The position numbers were made by a program, and so were the translations under genes. A stretch of DNA of 64,000 nucleotides. Origin: Trichoplax adhaerens. Taxonomy: Eukaryota; Animalia; Placozoa. Location of the stretch: NCBI RefSeq assembly GCF_000150275.1, contig NW_002060951.1:1870297-1934296 (forward strand), read 5' to 3'. This document shows, piece after piece, positions 1 to 13,600 of this stretch. The first letter of the stretch is position 1. The number at the start of each line of letters is the position of its first letter. Below the pieces are notes generated by a model. It was given only the letters and a program-made list of their open reading frames with translations. It ran no database searches and had not been told where the DNA came from.

Positions 1-3000
1 TATTTAAATTAAGCTAAAATTTAATTATAGCTCTGTATCGAGATAAATTCAAACATTGTAGTTTGTTATAATTTTACACCCGGAGGAGTAGACGTCTCAT
101 CACATACACGTATTTCTGATAAAAACGCAATATTAAATACTATGAAGTATAGTAATCTTATTACAAATCTCAAACGGACTTATTTATGGTTAACTACAGT
201 ACTAATTTGCTTTCGATGCTAAAGTAAGCTTAATTATGTTCTTTAATGCCTTAGTACTACTACCGCTTACCGTGTTGCTATAAAATTTATTCTGCAGTTG
301 CCTAAAATATAGTAATTTGAAAATAAATTGCTTTACGAAACCGTATATATTTGTTCGGACTGTTATTAATTAACATCAACTAAAAGTGCTCAAGCATTAA
401 TCTGCCTACATCATAAGTACTAATAGAATTTATTTTGTTTCGCATTGATAATATGTGGTGCAACTTCGAAATAAGCTTGAGATTAAGATCGGCATTTGTT
501 AAAATACATTAATTTTATATATTAAAAATGAAATTTTACAAGAAATAGCAGTTCCCGTTATAATGCTTTGAGGATACTTTATTACGACACGAAAAGTAAC
601 TTCTTAGATAAAGTTAATTAATGTCAGAATATTAGTATTAATTTCCTCGTGAAATTCCAGGAAGAATATGATAAAAATTAAAGTATAAGTTAGTCAGTTT
701 CAACTCCTTGCAGACTTTACAAGTTTATGCTATGTACGGAGACTATATAGCCTATCAAAAGACTACCATTCTTATCAAAATTATCAGCTACAGTACAGGC
801 ATAATCTGTTAAATTTTAAGGAGTCTTAATGAAACCTAGGCAATAAAGCGTAATTAAATCTATTCAGTATTTCTACTGACGCCCATTTAAGAATTGATAT
901 TATGTGCATCTATTCTATGCTATGATTGAATTTCAATCTCGGAATATGTTAATATTAAGCTTTCAGAACGCATATGTATGATAAAATGACAATTGATTAA
1001 TGTGGCGTTATTCTTTTAACTCTTTTCATTTACTGAATTTATGCTGCAGAGATACCGACCGATAAGCTCTTGAATTCACGCAATTGGCTTAATAACCGAT
1101 GTTTACTTAATCATAGTTTTACTTGAAACATACGCGTTTTCTAAGAAGGGCAAGCTATTGTTTATTTGCTATTCTTTGTTACTTGCATGTAGTGTTGTAT
1201 TTCTACTACAAGGAGAAGAATTAAAAGCGAAATGATATCAATTCATGATAAGCAATAATATGATAAATATAAATGTATTATGATATCCTTGATGTAGAAT
1301 TCAGTATTCTATTCCTTTCCAAATAATTACGGCTAAAAACACTATTACTTCAAAACGGCTCCTAGATTATTAAAATTGATAGGCATTGGCTGAATATGCT
1401 ATGATTAGATTGAGCGACCCTATAATATATTATCAAACGACTATACTGAATAAGTTCGATCAGAGATGTCAACATATTATAAAGAAATCATATAATATTC
1501 TCCGATGCCATTGCTTTTATATGCCACTGCATAGCAGTATATGCACAAAGGAATCTTTTGAATTCAAAGAACTTCTATCAAAATAAGGTAAATTATCACA
1601 CTAGTTTACCTCTACTTTTGTATTGATTACATGCTATTAAAGTTTAAGTTCATTTTTATCATCGTCTAGTCGCAATTGTATTGTGTTCAATATACCATGC
1701 TCCACCCCTTGAATGCAGAATATTCTAGTTATCTAGTGAATACAAAAAGATTGAAGACGTTTTTGAAATATATTTGCATTTGCCAGTATGGAATTTATAT
1801 TAGCTCAATAGGAATTACAGGCAATTCAATCATAAGATGTTTTTTTAATTATCACATAACGGTATATTCACTTTATCTTACCAGAAAATTATATTCATTG
1901 ATTTATAGGAAAGCGGATTGAATGCTACTATTTAATCAAACGTATCGTAGTTAGAATTATTAAACACATTGTTCGAGCCTCTCGGTCAGCTCTACTTATC
2001 TTCGATATTACAAATTACCATCGGTGGAATTCGATTTCGGTTGAAAATCGAACAATTTCAAAATCTGTTCGAGAATCAGGAGAGGACGATTAAACAAGGC
2101 TGCACTCCTTAAAGATTTAGCTGTCATCTTGATAGTGAGTCATGAACGATAATTTAAAGATACGAGTTCTGCCCAGCACATGTAAATATTTTGGTTCACC
2201 AAGATAATTAATTAGTTCTTGTCAAATTTATATACCGCATTTTACATCAAATTGTTATCTATCTGCTATTTAATTCTATTTAAAGATTAAGATGAAATTT
2301 TATATCCAGTTTGCATTTTTCTCTCAACCCTAAGCCATCACACCCATCCAAACCATGATTTTTGTTCGAGTTAAGATGTTGACAATACTTATCATTTTAT
2401 CCTTCCATCTCTGATGGCAAAAGTTTATTTATAGATGCGCAGTATACAATATAGGATATTTCCTATACAGCATGATGATCAGTAATGATTTTAGAAGCTT
2501 ATAGTGGTAGCTTGTAACTATAAATTTTTCTATTTATTTTTTAATCCTTTGGACAAGATCTTCTCGTCATAAAAGATTATTCATTGCTTAATTTTCTTGG
2601 GCAATCAGACTTTTAGACTATGTGTTAGCTACAGGGCTATCGACAATAACCACTGATTACGTTGTTTCTATGCCTGTGTGTTGTTGCACTTTAGTCTATT
2701 ATTGTTGACCTGTTTATGCTGTTTGGTTTTTGTTATTACCCTGTTAGTTATATTTTTGGCATTTTGGCAGGCTTATAACGGAGATTTCATATATCAAATA
2801 TTTATGGAAAGGGAATGAGCCATTATAAGCTGAAATAATAAAATACTTGACGCTAGTAATCTGTAATGCAAAGTTATGAAAATACTTTATAAAAAATATA
2901 GAATTATCTAGCAATCCTGGCAATTTTTTTAATGAATTGCTATTAGACAACTTAGTAGGATTCATAATCGATTATCACTAGTAGCGTTAGATTGACCCAA

Positions 3001-6000
3001 ATTATGTATTCCAGTATAATCATATAAGCAACATAAAATTTATTTTCACACTATTAAAAGGGTTGATAAGAGAGTTAACTAGTTTTATCTGATCGAAAAA
3101 AAGGATGGAACGTCTACGTTAATAAATGCTAGTAACTTTCTCCTTAAAATTACACCAGCAACACTTCACTCAAAAAATCGTTGCTTGTAATCAGAGTTGC
3201 CGATAAATTGATCAAATTATTAAAAATAGAGGGTCATTTAGCTTAAATATTTTAAATCAATTATGATAATTCGAACGACCAACTACTTAAAATTTAATAT
3301 TTCACTTCGTATACTGAAGAGTGAGATCAAGACTTTATTTTATAATTACAGTAAACTCCTTCTTCTATTATTATACGTATTACAAAATCATCTACGTTCC
3401 AGCATTAAGCTAAATAGTCGTATATTGATTGATGGACCATAAAAGAGATAATTGTTATTGAATCATTATTGCCGCGGCCCTTATTATTATAAACAATATT
3501 GCCGTAAACTGGTTCAGTTTAAGCCTGTTAAATAAAGCAAGGTCAAATTGTAAAGAATTTTATCTGCTAACATTTAATCAACTTTACTGTTAAATATGTA
3601 CCGGTTTGATGGTCCAATTCCTGATCAGCATCTGTTAATCGACCAGGAACTGACGGTATTACTGATAAAATAAGACTTATCATTTTGAAATTGTAAATTA
3701 GACTAGATTAAATTGAAAGTATTGAATGACTGGGATTGTTTTCTAGTAAATAAGAGATGAAAGACTGATTTTCTTCGGACGATGCCTCCAGAAGATTTGT
3801 TCGAACATATTCTTTTCTTGAGTCATTCAGAAAATTTTCTGATTTTAAATTAATCTAATATAATAAATAAATAATGATATTCGTACACTAACCGATGATG
3901 CAAACAGGATCAAATTAAAAATGAATGATCTATCTGCTATCGTAGAGCTGTAGCGATAGAAAAAATATAGAAAAATCATTATTTTACATATTTATTATAC
4001 GGCTATTGGCTCTTTGTTCTGCAAACATTCTTAGCCTTCTCACTAAACCAAAATGTCATAACCTTAAGATAATATAGCCAAAATGTGGATTGCCAAATTA
4101 GAACAATAGTATTTATAACAAATGCTTAATTAGAGATTTATATTTCAAATAGACCAAACCATTTTTATTAGAAACAAATTCAACGTGGTCGATATTATGA
4201 ATTAATAAAATGAAATTGGTTAAAACTAGGATAAACTATGATTAATTACCACCTATTCATGCAATTTTATTTCAATTTTGTTTAAATGAAGCACTTAAAA
4301 TAACATTTTTATACATATAAATACGTCATATACTCGTATGCCCTTACCATTAACTATATCAAGTCATTTCTACAATAATATTCACTTATAGCAGTTGTTA
4401 CTCCTGTTCAAAACATTGTACCTTACGTTTCTATTCTGAGTTTTCGTGTTATATTGACTATCAGACTTGTAATTATTACGATATTTAGACATGATTGCAA
4501 TTTATCAGAATATTACATTAAATTATCCGATCTTCATATTATTCAAAGTGCCAAATAATCTACACTTAATATCAATATACTGGTATAGCTATGTTATGAT
4601 TATGATCGATGTTAACTTAAAATTGATGTCGGTAATTCTACAGTAGCTATTATACTATATAAGATGCTTTGCCATTTTAAATTTTAGCCAAATACGCGTA
4701 TACTCACATTAGTTTGTAATCATAGATCTAGTATAGACGCAGTCGCTCGCTTACCTTAATATACCTGAAAATCGTTAATCTTAATTTCAGATAAAATCAG
4801 GTTCAAACATTTCCATGGCAATTATTTAAATCTTTTCCATCCTATAACTAACTGATGATTCATTCTCTAAACTTAAATATAGTCTATTGTAATACTGCCT
4901 ATTCCTTCGACTGACAGGTATCAAACTGTGTCGCTAGTGCTGATAAGTTTGATACTGGCCAAATAGAATTAAAATTGTTCATTATAAAGTTTCGAATTAT
5001 AATGTCAACTGATTCTTTTTCCTTTGGATTTTTAACTATTTTTAATAATGAATGCTGAATTAGGAATCTAATTTTACTTATAAAATCTCTACTATAATGC
5101 TTCAAATCTTATCATTAAGTTAAGAAATAAGCAAGTGCAAAATAACTATCATTGGAATGACACCGTCATCATCTATCTATTTTCGATTGATATTCAATTC
5201 TGCCTGATTAAGTAAACTAGGACTGAAACAATTGCTCATCGTACCATATTGGAAATGTGTATTATTCTAAACGAATTTTTATTATTTGTTCCTTGGGGAA
5301 ATGAAAATGCTATAACAGATCGTTTATCCTAGGAATTTGCTCAATAATTTTAACTGTTCTTTATAAAATGAGTAGAAACTGTCTCACACTAGCCATATCA
5401 TTAATAGCATTTAAAACCGGTTATTACCTTACAGTCCGATAAAACAGAAAAATTTAACACTGTAACTCTACATTTAATTACACAATCTAGGAAATTGCTT
5501 TGAATCTTATACAATTATTCGCCAACCGATAGTAAAGATTAACAGCAATCATTTAGTAACTTCATTTACTGACTTTCCAATGAGTTGCTGCACTGGTTGT
5601 CCTTTGCAATCCATTTTGCAATACAGTATTTATTCTCACCAACAAAAATTTTATAATTAAAATTACCATAAATTAAGCTGTAAGTTGTGCTATTAATAAT
5701 AGCGAACTTATACATTTTATATTATAATACTGTTGACTATGTGTTTTTAAATGTTGAGTAGTAAAATTACAAAAATTTATATCATGAACTGTATAATTCA
5801 TTATCTTTAAATTATCAAAATTTGGATGTTACCAAATCCTTTATTAATTTTAGTTCAATAGTTTAGGATATAGAGGAATACAATCTTTAATTTCCTATAT
5901 TGAAATTAGAATAGTTGATATAAGCGTAGATGATATGATTAGATAGAATACTATTATTAGAGAAAATCTTAATATTAATGTTAGATGATCAAGTTTATAC

Positions 6001-9000
6001 TATTTACCGTCATAAAAATTAATTTTAGATAAAAGAAAGAAGTAATACTTGGTATCTTCTGTAAAGTAAATAAGCTAAAATTGTTTCATTGAGTCTCTTA
6101 TTTCATTATCTGAAGGATCAAAGAATACGTAATTGATCGTATTGAACAAGTAGAGATTACAGATAAAAGTATGATATTTGAAGTATCATATCATTAATTA
6201 AAGAATACCGTTAGGCAATGAATCCAATTTATCAGTCTTTATTGGAATATCTGTAGTTAATGATTTCTTTTGAGTGCCAAACGGAGATATATTGAGCTTT
6301 TAAGAGAGAATCTTACCATTAGAGCCTGAACAATATTTATCTAATTTTTTTAGATTACAATTAAAAACCTTTACAAGCTTGACGTAATATAAATTCTTAG
6401 TATAGAATAGAATTAAGGGAATTTTTTATGAATGGTTATTCACTTCTGCAATTTAAAACTCGCATCAAAGCAAGTTTAAGACTTAAATTTTCATAAACTA
6501 AGACTATTCTATATAGGCATATTTAGTATCTAGCTCTCACTCACATGTAACATACATTGTAGTAAGACTAGAGTTTAGTATCTGGTCAATATCTTCAATA
6601 AATAGTTAAATCTTAATCTAATTATAGCGGTAATTGCACTAGTACTTATTAGATATACACGTCGCAGATCAAAAGCTAATACTTAATTGAAAGGATTCAT
6701 GAGCAATGTTACCGGTTCGAAATAATTATTTATTACAAACCAGCTTCATAATAATGGTCAATAACAAATCTTTAAGTTTCTTAAGTCTCTGCGATATATA
6801 TCCCTTAACTCTTTACAGCAATTTAGACCCCTTTGGTTTTACGTTATAGGAAAAGAGAATTAATTATATTCAACAATCTATCGTGTTTATATACTCTTCG
6901 GCAGCGACTAACATTAATGAATTATCTTGATATCCTACCGTAATGGTTAATTCTCACTTTGTAGTAAAATTAATGCAACAATGTTTATAGTCATAGACAT
7001 CCACCGACTAATTCTAAGTGACTGGACTACAATAAGAATGTTAAATTCACTAAATTTAGTAATCCGTTTTTGACTGTGGTTCGAACCGTTACAGCAGTTT
7101 GTCTTAGTTACATTAGGAGTACAGAAATAAAATCCACTAATTTCTGAAGGAAGAAAAGCTGCTAAATATCCGTTATGAACTGCAAATTGTGACTATTTTA
7201 ATCCGTCCATTTTTGAGAATAAGCTCAGACATAAATATACAATATATTAGCAACTAAAGATGTAGTATAAGCGTGTAAATGAGATTCTTCTTCACGTTGC
7301 AGATTTTTCTTATATGATATCAGCTTTAAGACTTACATTTAGGATTTTAAATTAGGTCCAATTTATCTCTATTCATAATCGATAGACATGGTCATTAGCT
7401 TTAGCTATTCACATGCGTTAGTAATTCAATTGCTCGGAGGATCAAAAAGAGACTATTTAGCTTTTCATTTTTTCCTTAGTGTAAGAAAATATTTGTTATT
7501 GTGTTAGTGCTGTTTACTTCGTCAGAATTCGGACTCTAATGAATTATACTAAGCTTCTCTGGGGGTACCTAGCAACGAAATGAAATGAGGATGCATTTCT
7601 AAAAAATATTTTACCCTAAAGCTATTATCCCTACTGGTATACTGCTTTAAAATAAAAGAATAGTTTTTTTAATATGACGCTTATAAATAGCAGATATTTT
7701 TCGGTTTATCAAGAATTGGAATATATTCTAGCATTATAATTGAATACATTAACAATATGATAGAAGAAATACTTAACAATCAAGTCTGCATTTTTGTTTC
7801 TGCCTTTAGACATTGCTTATTTTGTTCCTTACTTGAAGTGCGTATTACCTATTATACCAAATGTGCTATATCTGAAAGCTAGACCCATAACAGGGCTGTA
7901 ATTATTTCTATAAGGTTTTCTTATTATATATGACAGCTATTGCCTGAATATTAATATAGTAAGTACACTATTATAAGAATTAGTTCATACTTAGTAGAAT
8001 GTTAATGACTATTGGCTAAATCGATCATCATTATTAATTTCCTCGAGTGTCCTGGTAATTCATGATAGTCAAAATGATTCGTACTCCATTATGAATCTTA
8101 CTGTTTGAGATTTTTTAATACCTATATTCTTTTTGTATAATATCCATTTTTTGATTTATTACCACCCTACCTGTCAGCAGAACCAATAGCAACACGATCT
8201 TCGATAAAAACTTTAATTTGGATTGAAATACTCAGGCAAATTTTTATGCAATTTTGCGTTTATTTAATAATTTTCGTCTTTCAACGAAGGGTTGTTTTAA
8301 CGAAGTCCTTATATATAAATGATCTATAGGATAGCGATATTTTCTATTAAATTGTAAAAACGAAATTAATACTGATTAATAACAGCTTATCTTCAGGTCC
8401 TCTGAACACTTACTATTCTAGTAGAATAAGCACATTGAGTGCCTTTGCTCACTCGATACTGTCTAAATCCAAGAGAAATATTTGAATCCGTCATTGACTG
8501 CTTCATATGGCCTCATTTCTCCTATCGTTCCTTATTACTATACTTAGAACTTATGTCTAAGAATTACTATCCGCTGTAACTAATTTTTAAATTGAAGCAT
8601 TATTGGAAGGCTTCTCCATTTAGATCATTTGCATACAGCATTTAATATTATTCCAAATGTTATTCAGCCATAAGTAAAGGCACATTTTGTCATGAGATTC
8701 GATTAGTGTAAGACAGTGTAATATTATATTCTAAGTTGATGATATATTTAGTAATGTCTACCGTAGGTGTTGTGTTCAACATGTGATAGATATTCTCGTT
8801 AGAGGCTTAAGTATTAAATATAGCTAGCTTAGTAACTGTAATCCTTTTGAAGAGGAGCGCTACAGTGCTCACACTAGAGCTTCACATGAAAGGTGTAAAG
8901 TATCCTGTATATGAGATGCTAATACTGAAGTGTGTAGTAAGTAAGGTGCTAAGACTGTAAACGCGGAAAAGTATATAAGCGAGTAGTTTAGTATAGTAAG

Positions 9001-9136
9001 ATAGTTCTTTCTCGTTAGAAGTCCTAAGCTAATCGATTACGTAGTATCTTCGTAAACGAGGTTTTGTTCAATAAATCTTAATTTTCTAAAGTTTTGAAGA
9101 TTCTTGATCTATCAACCTCACAATTTGCCAGTTGTT

Positions 9137-9221
9137 CCTGAGATTGGCCGGGTATTTCCGGGAATGACCAGGCAATCCCGGGATTGACCGAAATTGCTGG
9201 CTATTATCGGGATTGACCGTA
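9137..9221. repeat. Degenerate ~20-bp GC-rich tandem repeat (core CGGGATTGACCG)
   Basis: Units cctgagattggccgggtatt / tccgggaatgaccaggcaat / cccgggattgaccgaaatt ... tcgggattgaccgta lie about 250-330 bp upstream of the GPCR ATG. Confidence 0.6.
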
Positions 9222-9468
9222 ACATATGCATAACTCACGATTACATTATCGTACTATACTATATTAAACCACTATACGTAAATTACACATTTTAACATTT
9301 CCTACTGTATAAGTATAGCATCGATATAACTTAAATCATTTTATATTGTAGGATTTTTATATGTATTCTGAAAGAACTCCGCAGTGAATGATTGAATTCA
9401 GAAATAGGATCCAACAAGCCATAGAATATTTATTGGTTCTGCTGATAGATTGATAAGAATATTGAGAT

Positions 9469-10629
9469 ATGTTGAATTACTCCAATACAACTTTACCACC
9501 AGCATGGAACCAATATCGAAATTTATTGTCTCCTCAAAATTTAACTACACTAGAAGTTACTTTTATTGTAATTTATGCTATCTTAGGCTTCTTTGGGCTA
9601 ATCAATAACGCCGCAATTATTTTAATTGTTACGTTTGGGAAGCATTTACGCTCACCCAACAATTTTTTAGTAGTAAATCTAGCTGTAGCTGGCTTAATCA
9701 TGTCTATTTTCCATGTGCCTTGGCTAATTATAACTCAATTTATAGCTAATAATATCTGGATATTTGGGCCAGTTATGTGTAAATTATATTACACTGTTAC
9801 GCTTTTATCTATTCATTTAATTTCATTTACTCAAGTAGCTATATGTATCAGTCGCTATCAAGGCTTAAATTTGATTTTTAAATTTCAATTAAAATTAACC
9901 AAAAAGAAAGTCATTATAGTTATCACCACGATATGGATTGCTGCATTGTTAATGTGCTTACCATATTTAATTTATTTAACTGTTATCCGCTCGCCACACA
10001 CCAATCAAACGCATTGTATGCTGTCTCTTCCTTTTACACCCTATGATTTTTATATTCAAGGACAATTTGTTAGTTTCCCTTATTTTATGTATGCTATTTG
10101 TTATTTAATTGTGGCTTATATCATACCATTTTGTACAATGGCAGTCTTGTATAGTTTAATAATTCGTTCTCTGTGTAAGAAGAGATTTAATAATTTTCAT
10201 ACTAGCCTGGAAGAGCGTTTAAAGAAGCAAGTGCTATCTGGTGTAACTGTTAGCCGTAATCAAAAACAGCGGATCATCAAAGTATTTCTTACCTCAGTTG
10301 TTGTATTTTTCATTTCCAATCTTCCGTCAGCTACGTCATTATTTTTGTTTATTGTCCATTCTATTAGACGAGAAATTTTTATCAGTATGAGACACTATTT
10401 AGCAACAGCTCAGATATTTGGTATAGTATCTAATGCAATAATCTATGGCTACTTTAATACCGGTATTCGTCGACGATCGTCCAAGTTACTTCGCCGCTTA
10501 TCAGTACCTGGTTTAAAATTGGATCGCATTGAGGAAATAAATGGGCAGAGCAATCCTAAACTCTCAATTGATCAAGGCCTTGCTTATATAAAGAAAGATG
10601 CAACTAGAGAGTTTATTATTGCAAGTTAG
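9469..10629 (+). CDS. Class A (rhodopsin-like) GPCR, neuropeptide-receptor-like, single coding exon
   Basis: 386-aa ORF with 7 hydrophobic segments, N-terminal N-glycosylation sequons (NYS, NTT, NLT), TM2 NFLVVNLAVAG, ECL1 WIFGPVMCK, TM3 ISRY (DRY variant), TM5 YIIPF and TM7 SNAIIY. Confidence 0.93.
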   Translation: MLNYSNTTLPPAWNQYRNLLSPQNLTTLEVTFIVIYAILGFFGLINNAAIILIVTFGKHLRSPNNFLVVNLAVAGLIMSIFHVPWLIITQFIANNIWIFGPVMCKLYYTVTLLSIHLISFTQVAICISRYQGLNLIFKFQLKLTKKKVIIVITTIWIAALLMCLPYLIYLTVIRSPHTNQTHCMLSLPFTPYDFYIQGQFVSFPYFMYAICYLIVAYIIPFCTMAVLYSLIIRSLCKKRFNNFHTSLEERLKKQVLSGVTVSRNQKQRIIKVFLTSVVVFFISNLPSATSLFLFIVHSIRREIFISMRHYLATAQIFGIVSNAIIYGYFNTGIRRRSSKLLRRLSVPGLKLDRIEEINGQSNPKLSIDQGLAYIKKDATREFIIAS

Positions 10630-13600
10630 TTTACTTTAGTGTTGTGTGACCTTTCGTTTCAATGAAAGTTGTATGATACACTTAGTTTTGGTTCAGTATA
10701 GTCAGATTCAATAAGCTTTCGATAATGTTTATGATTTCTATTCTTTATTTGTTATTTTCGCTGATAAAATTACTAAGTCACTATTAGCTTTGGAATATAT
10801 TAAGATTTGCTTAATTAAATAGATCATGGTTAGCATAATGATATATGTCTTTATTATTATCATTTTTAATATTTAATTACTTGCGGTTGGGTTAAGAAGC
10901 GTAAAGTAAGGCAATCTTTACGTAGTATCAATACATCTATGGAATTGATTGGTGTGTTTCAGCTACTACTATACAACCAGTAATAAACTATATCCAGCAA
11001 TATGAATATTAAATAAGCATTGATATGGGTTACGTCTGATCACTATAAATCAAGCTTAGCAATGACAAGCTGCACTTTTACTATAGCAATCGTAATTTTA
11101 AATCTGTTTGGATGTAAGCTATGCTACAAGATCGATTTGTGCTGATAGCAGGTAGTACGCAATGCAAAATAGCTGATACAATGAAGGAACAGCAACAAAT
11201 TTAAATTTTGCTAGCAAATGATGATGGTCAAAATTTGTTCAATTTTTTATTTATTATTATGGTAATCTGTGCATAATAAGAGAACATAGAGTTTAGTTTA
11301 AATTATGTGTGACCTGACATGAAGGTACGTGTACTTGTATAATAAAATCAATCTGTGTGACAGCGTCCGTATTTTAGATAATTACTCAATAAGCCTTTAC
11401 TCTAGATGATTAACCTACTTATTTATTTTTAAACGTTAACTCCATAGATTATGCCGGTTCATTCAATGTATAAAGCTATCTTAACGATCATTTACATTAG
11501 TCTCTTATTTTTAGTCATTTTTAAATATCCCCAACAATTAATTAGCGGACGGTTTGTAGACTAGTTTATACTGTAGTATTACTCCTACATCTGATTGTGC
11601 TCTAAAACTGACAATTGCAGTCTACCTTATATTATATTATAAGCAGTTTTATAAAAATTTATCACGATTTAAAATATATTTCGATATCCAAATAGCACTG
11701 TATTAAAGTCTTGATAGGAGTAAAATCTTGTACTGGAGTATTTATTCACGAATTCTCTAAGCGCAAATATTACATAGGAATGAAGCAATTCTAAATAGAT
11801 CTAAAAATTTCGAGTATTAGATATACACTATCCATAAATTAAACATCCCAATCCCCGTTAGTCTACGCATGATGTATTAAAGTCAATGTCTATCCATCTG
11901 TTTAAAATGCTTTCAATTTCTTAACGGTAGTATCACATCTGATTGAGTCTTGCCGATAGCCTGAATTTTGAATTTAAATGACATTGATACTTATTAATAT
12001 ATCTAAACGAATACCTTTTGGCGATAAGCCGAGATTGCTACCGCAAATAAATGAGATTTATTGCCTAAAGTTCACTATTCTACTAATATATACTACTCTA
12101 TACTCGAACTTGGCGTTATGAAATCAGCTGCCGCCTAATAAGTCTAACAAGAACCGCAAGAAGTTACTCAACTGTTTAATTTTGTTAATAATATCTATTT
12201 TTTTTTCTATAAAATAATTTGATAATATACTTCAGTTAACGCACTTCTTCGAGACAAGATAGTGGAAAATGATGATTTTTGCTTTATTATCCCATACACC
12301 AATTAATACAAATTAATGTATTGATTATATATTAATTAATTATTTAGAATTTTTGTCGACTTTAAATTCTATTATTCTAATATTTAGTAAGCTTTCTAAT
12401 AAATCTATGTCAACATTTCATTCGTTAACGTAGGAATGGGGGACGTGAATGGAAGCAAATCTTTATATAATATAATAGCAAACGGAAACTAAGCCAACGC
12501 AAAGTGTACATAGAATAAACTGTAGTACTATCAGATGTGTAATCAACCTATGGACCATTTTACTGATTGGCTAGCATCAAACTGATATTCCAGTTAAAAT
12601 GATTGTTTACGAATCAAATGCATCAAAAAACTTTTATTACATTGAATACTTAGTATCCCTTAATTTGATAAGATTTCATCTTACAATATCTAGTATTATT
12701 CAGTATGGTATTTGAATCAAATGAAATACTGTTGCAACACGTTCTGTTTTGATTTTATAATATAACTGAATTGAATAAACAGATGCTTTTGATCAATACT
12801 GTCTGCAATTTCTATTTCGATATCAAGTTATCACAAGGAATTCTATCACAGATTTTAAGTTTCCTATTCGGTATCATAAATTGTGGTAGCAGGTGAAAAT
12901 TGAATACATTTTACATGCATCGTATATTGCAATCACTTTACAAAATTCACAGCGTTAGAATTGTATTTATTTTATCACTTTAATGATCTTTACTATGAAT
13001 TTATACGGAAAATTTTATATATTAGAATTTACAAATTAAATTATCATTTTTGACCTTCATTTTTAGATGTAGGGCGTAAAAGGTAAATTACTATCATTAA
13101 TCCATACAGACCAAGAATGAAGATGGGATTCAAGAAATGTAGTCACACCAGAATTACTATGACGTAATTCTGGTGTATAGGCAATACATGGATGAAATAA
13201 ATTTTCATGAGTAAAAGCAATTTCAAGATGTTATTGTGATGCAGCAATACATAATAATAAGTTTTCAGATCATCTTTATTCCTAAATACAGGACATTTGA
13301 GCACAAACAAAATAAAAACTTAAATTGAAGTTGTTATTGTAAAATAATAATGTAAGCAATGCGAACTGTTAGAATTACTATTTTGATCTGAACTTTAACT
13401 TAAAATTCACTACAATCTCTTTGAAAATAAATAAAAATTGGCGATTAATGAAATTAACTTCACAGCTTCAGTTGTTCTTTTAGCTGGATGACCAGTATAA
13501 TTGAGAAATCTCTCACTGGTGCAAAATTTAACTAATTCAGTTACTGTCTCACTCGTTCTTAAATATTTTAGTTAATACCTTTGATCATATTCGAAAAATA

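Noticed and set aside
2076-2112. IRRG..IKQGC resembling the LINE RT motif RGVRQGCPLSP
   Set aside because: It needs a frameshift, the match is very short, and no other RT motifs are nearby.
2657-2818. Hydrophobic open frame, possible GPCR relic
   Set aside because: Explained by T-rich composition, with no GPCR motif and no in-frame ATG until its last few codons.
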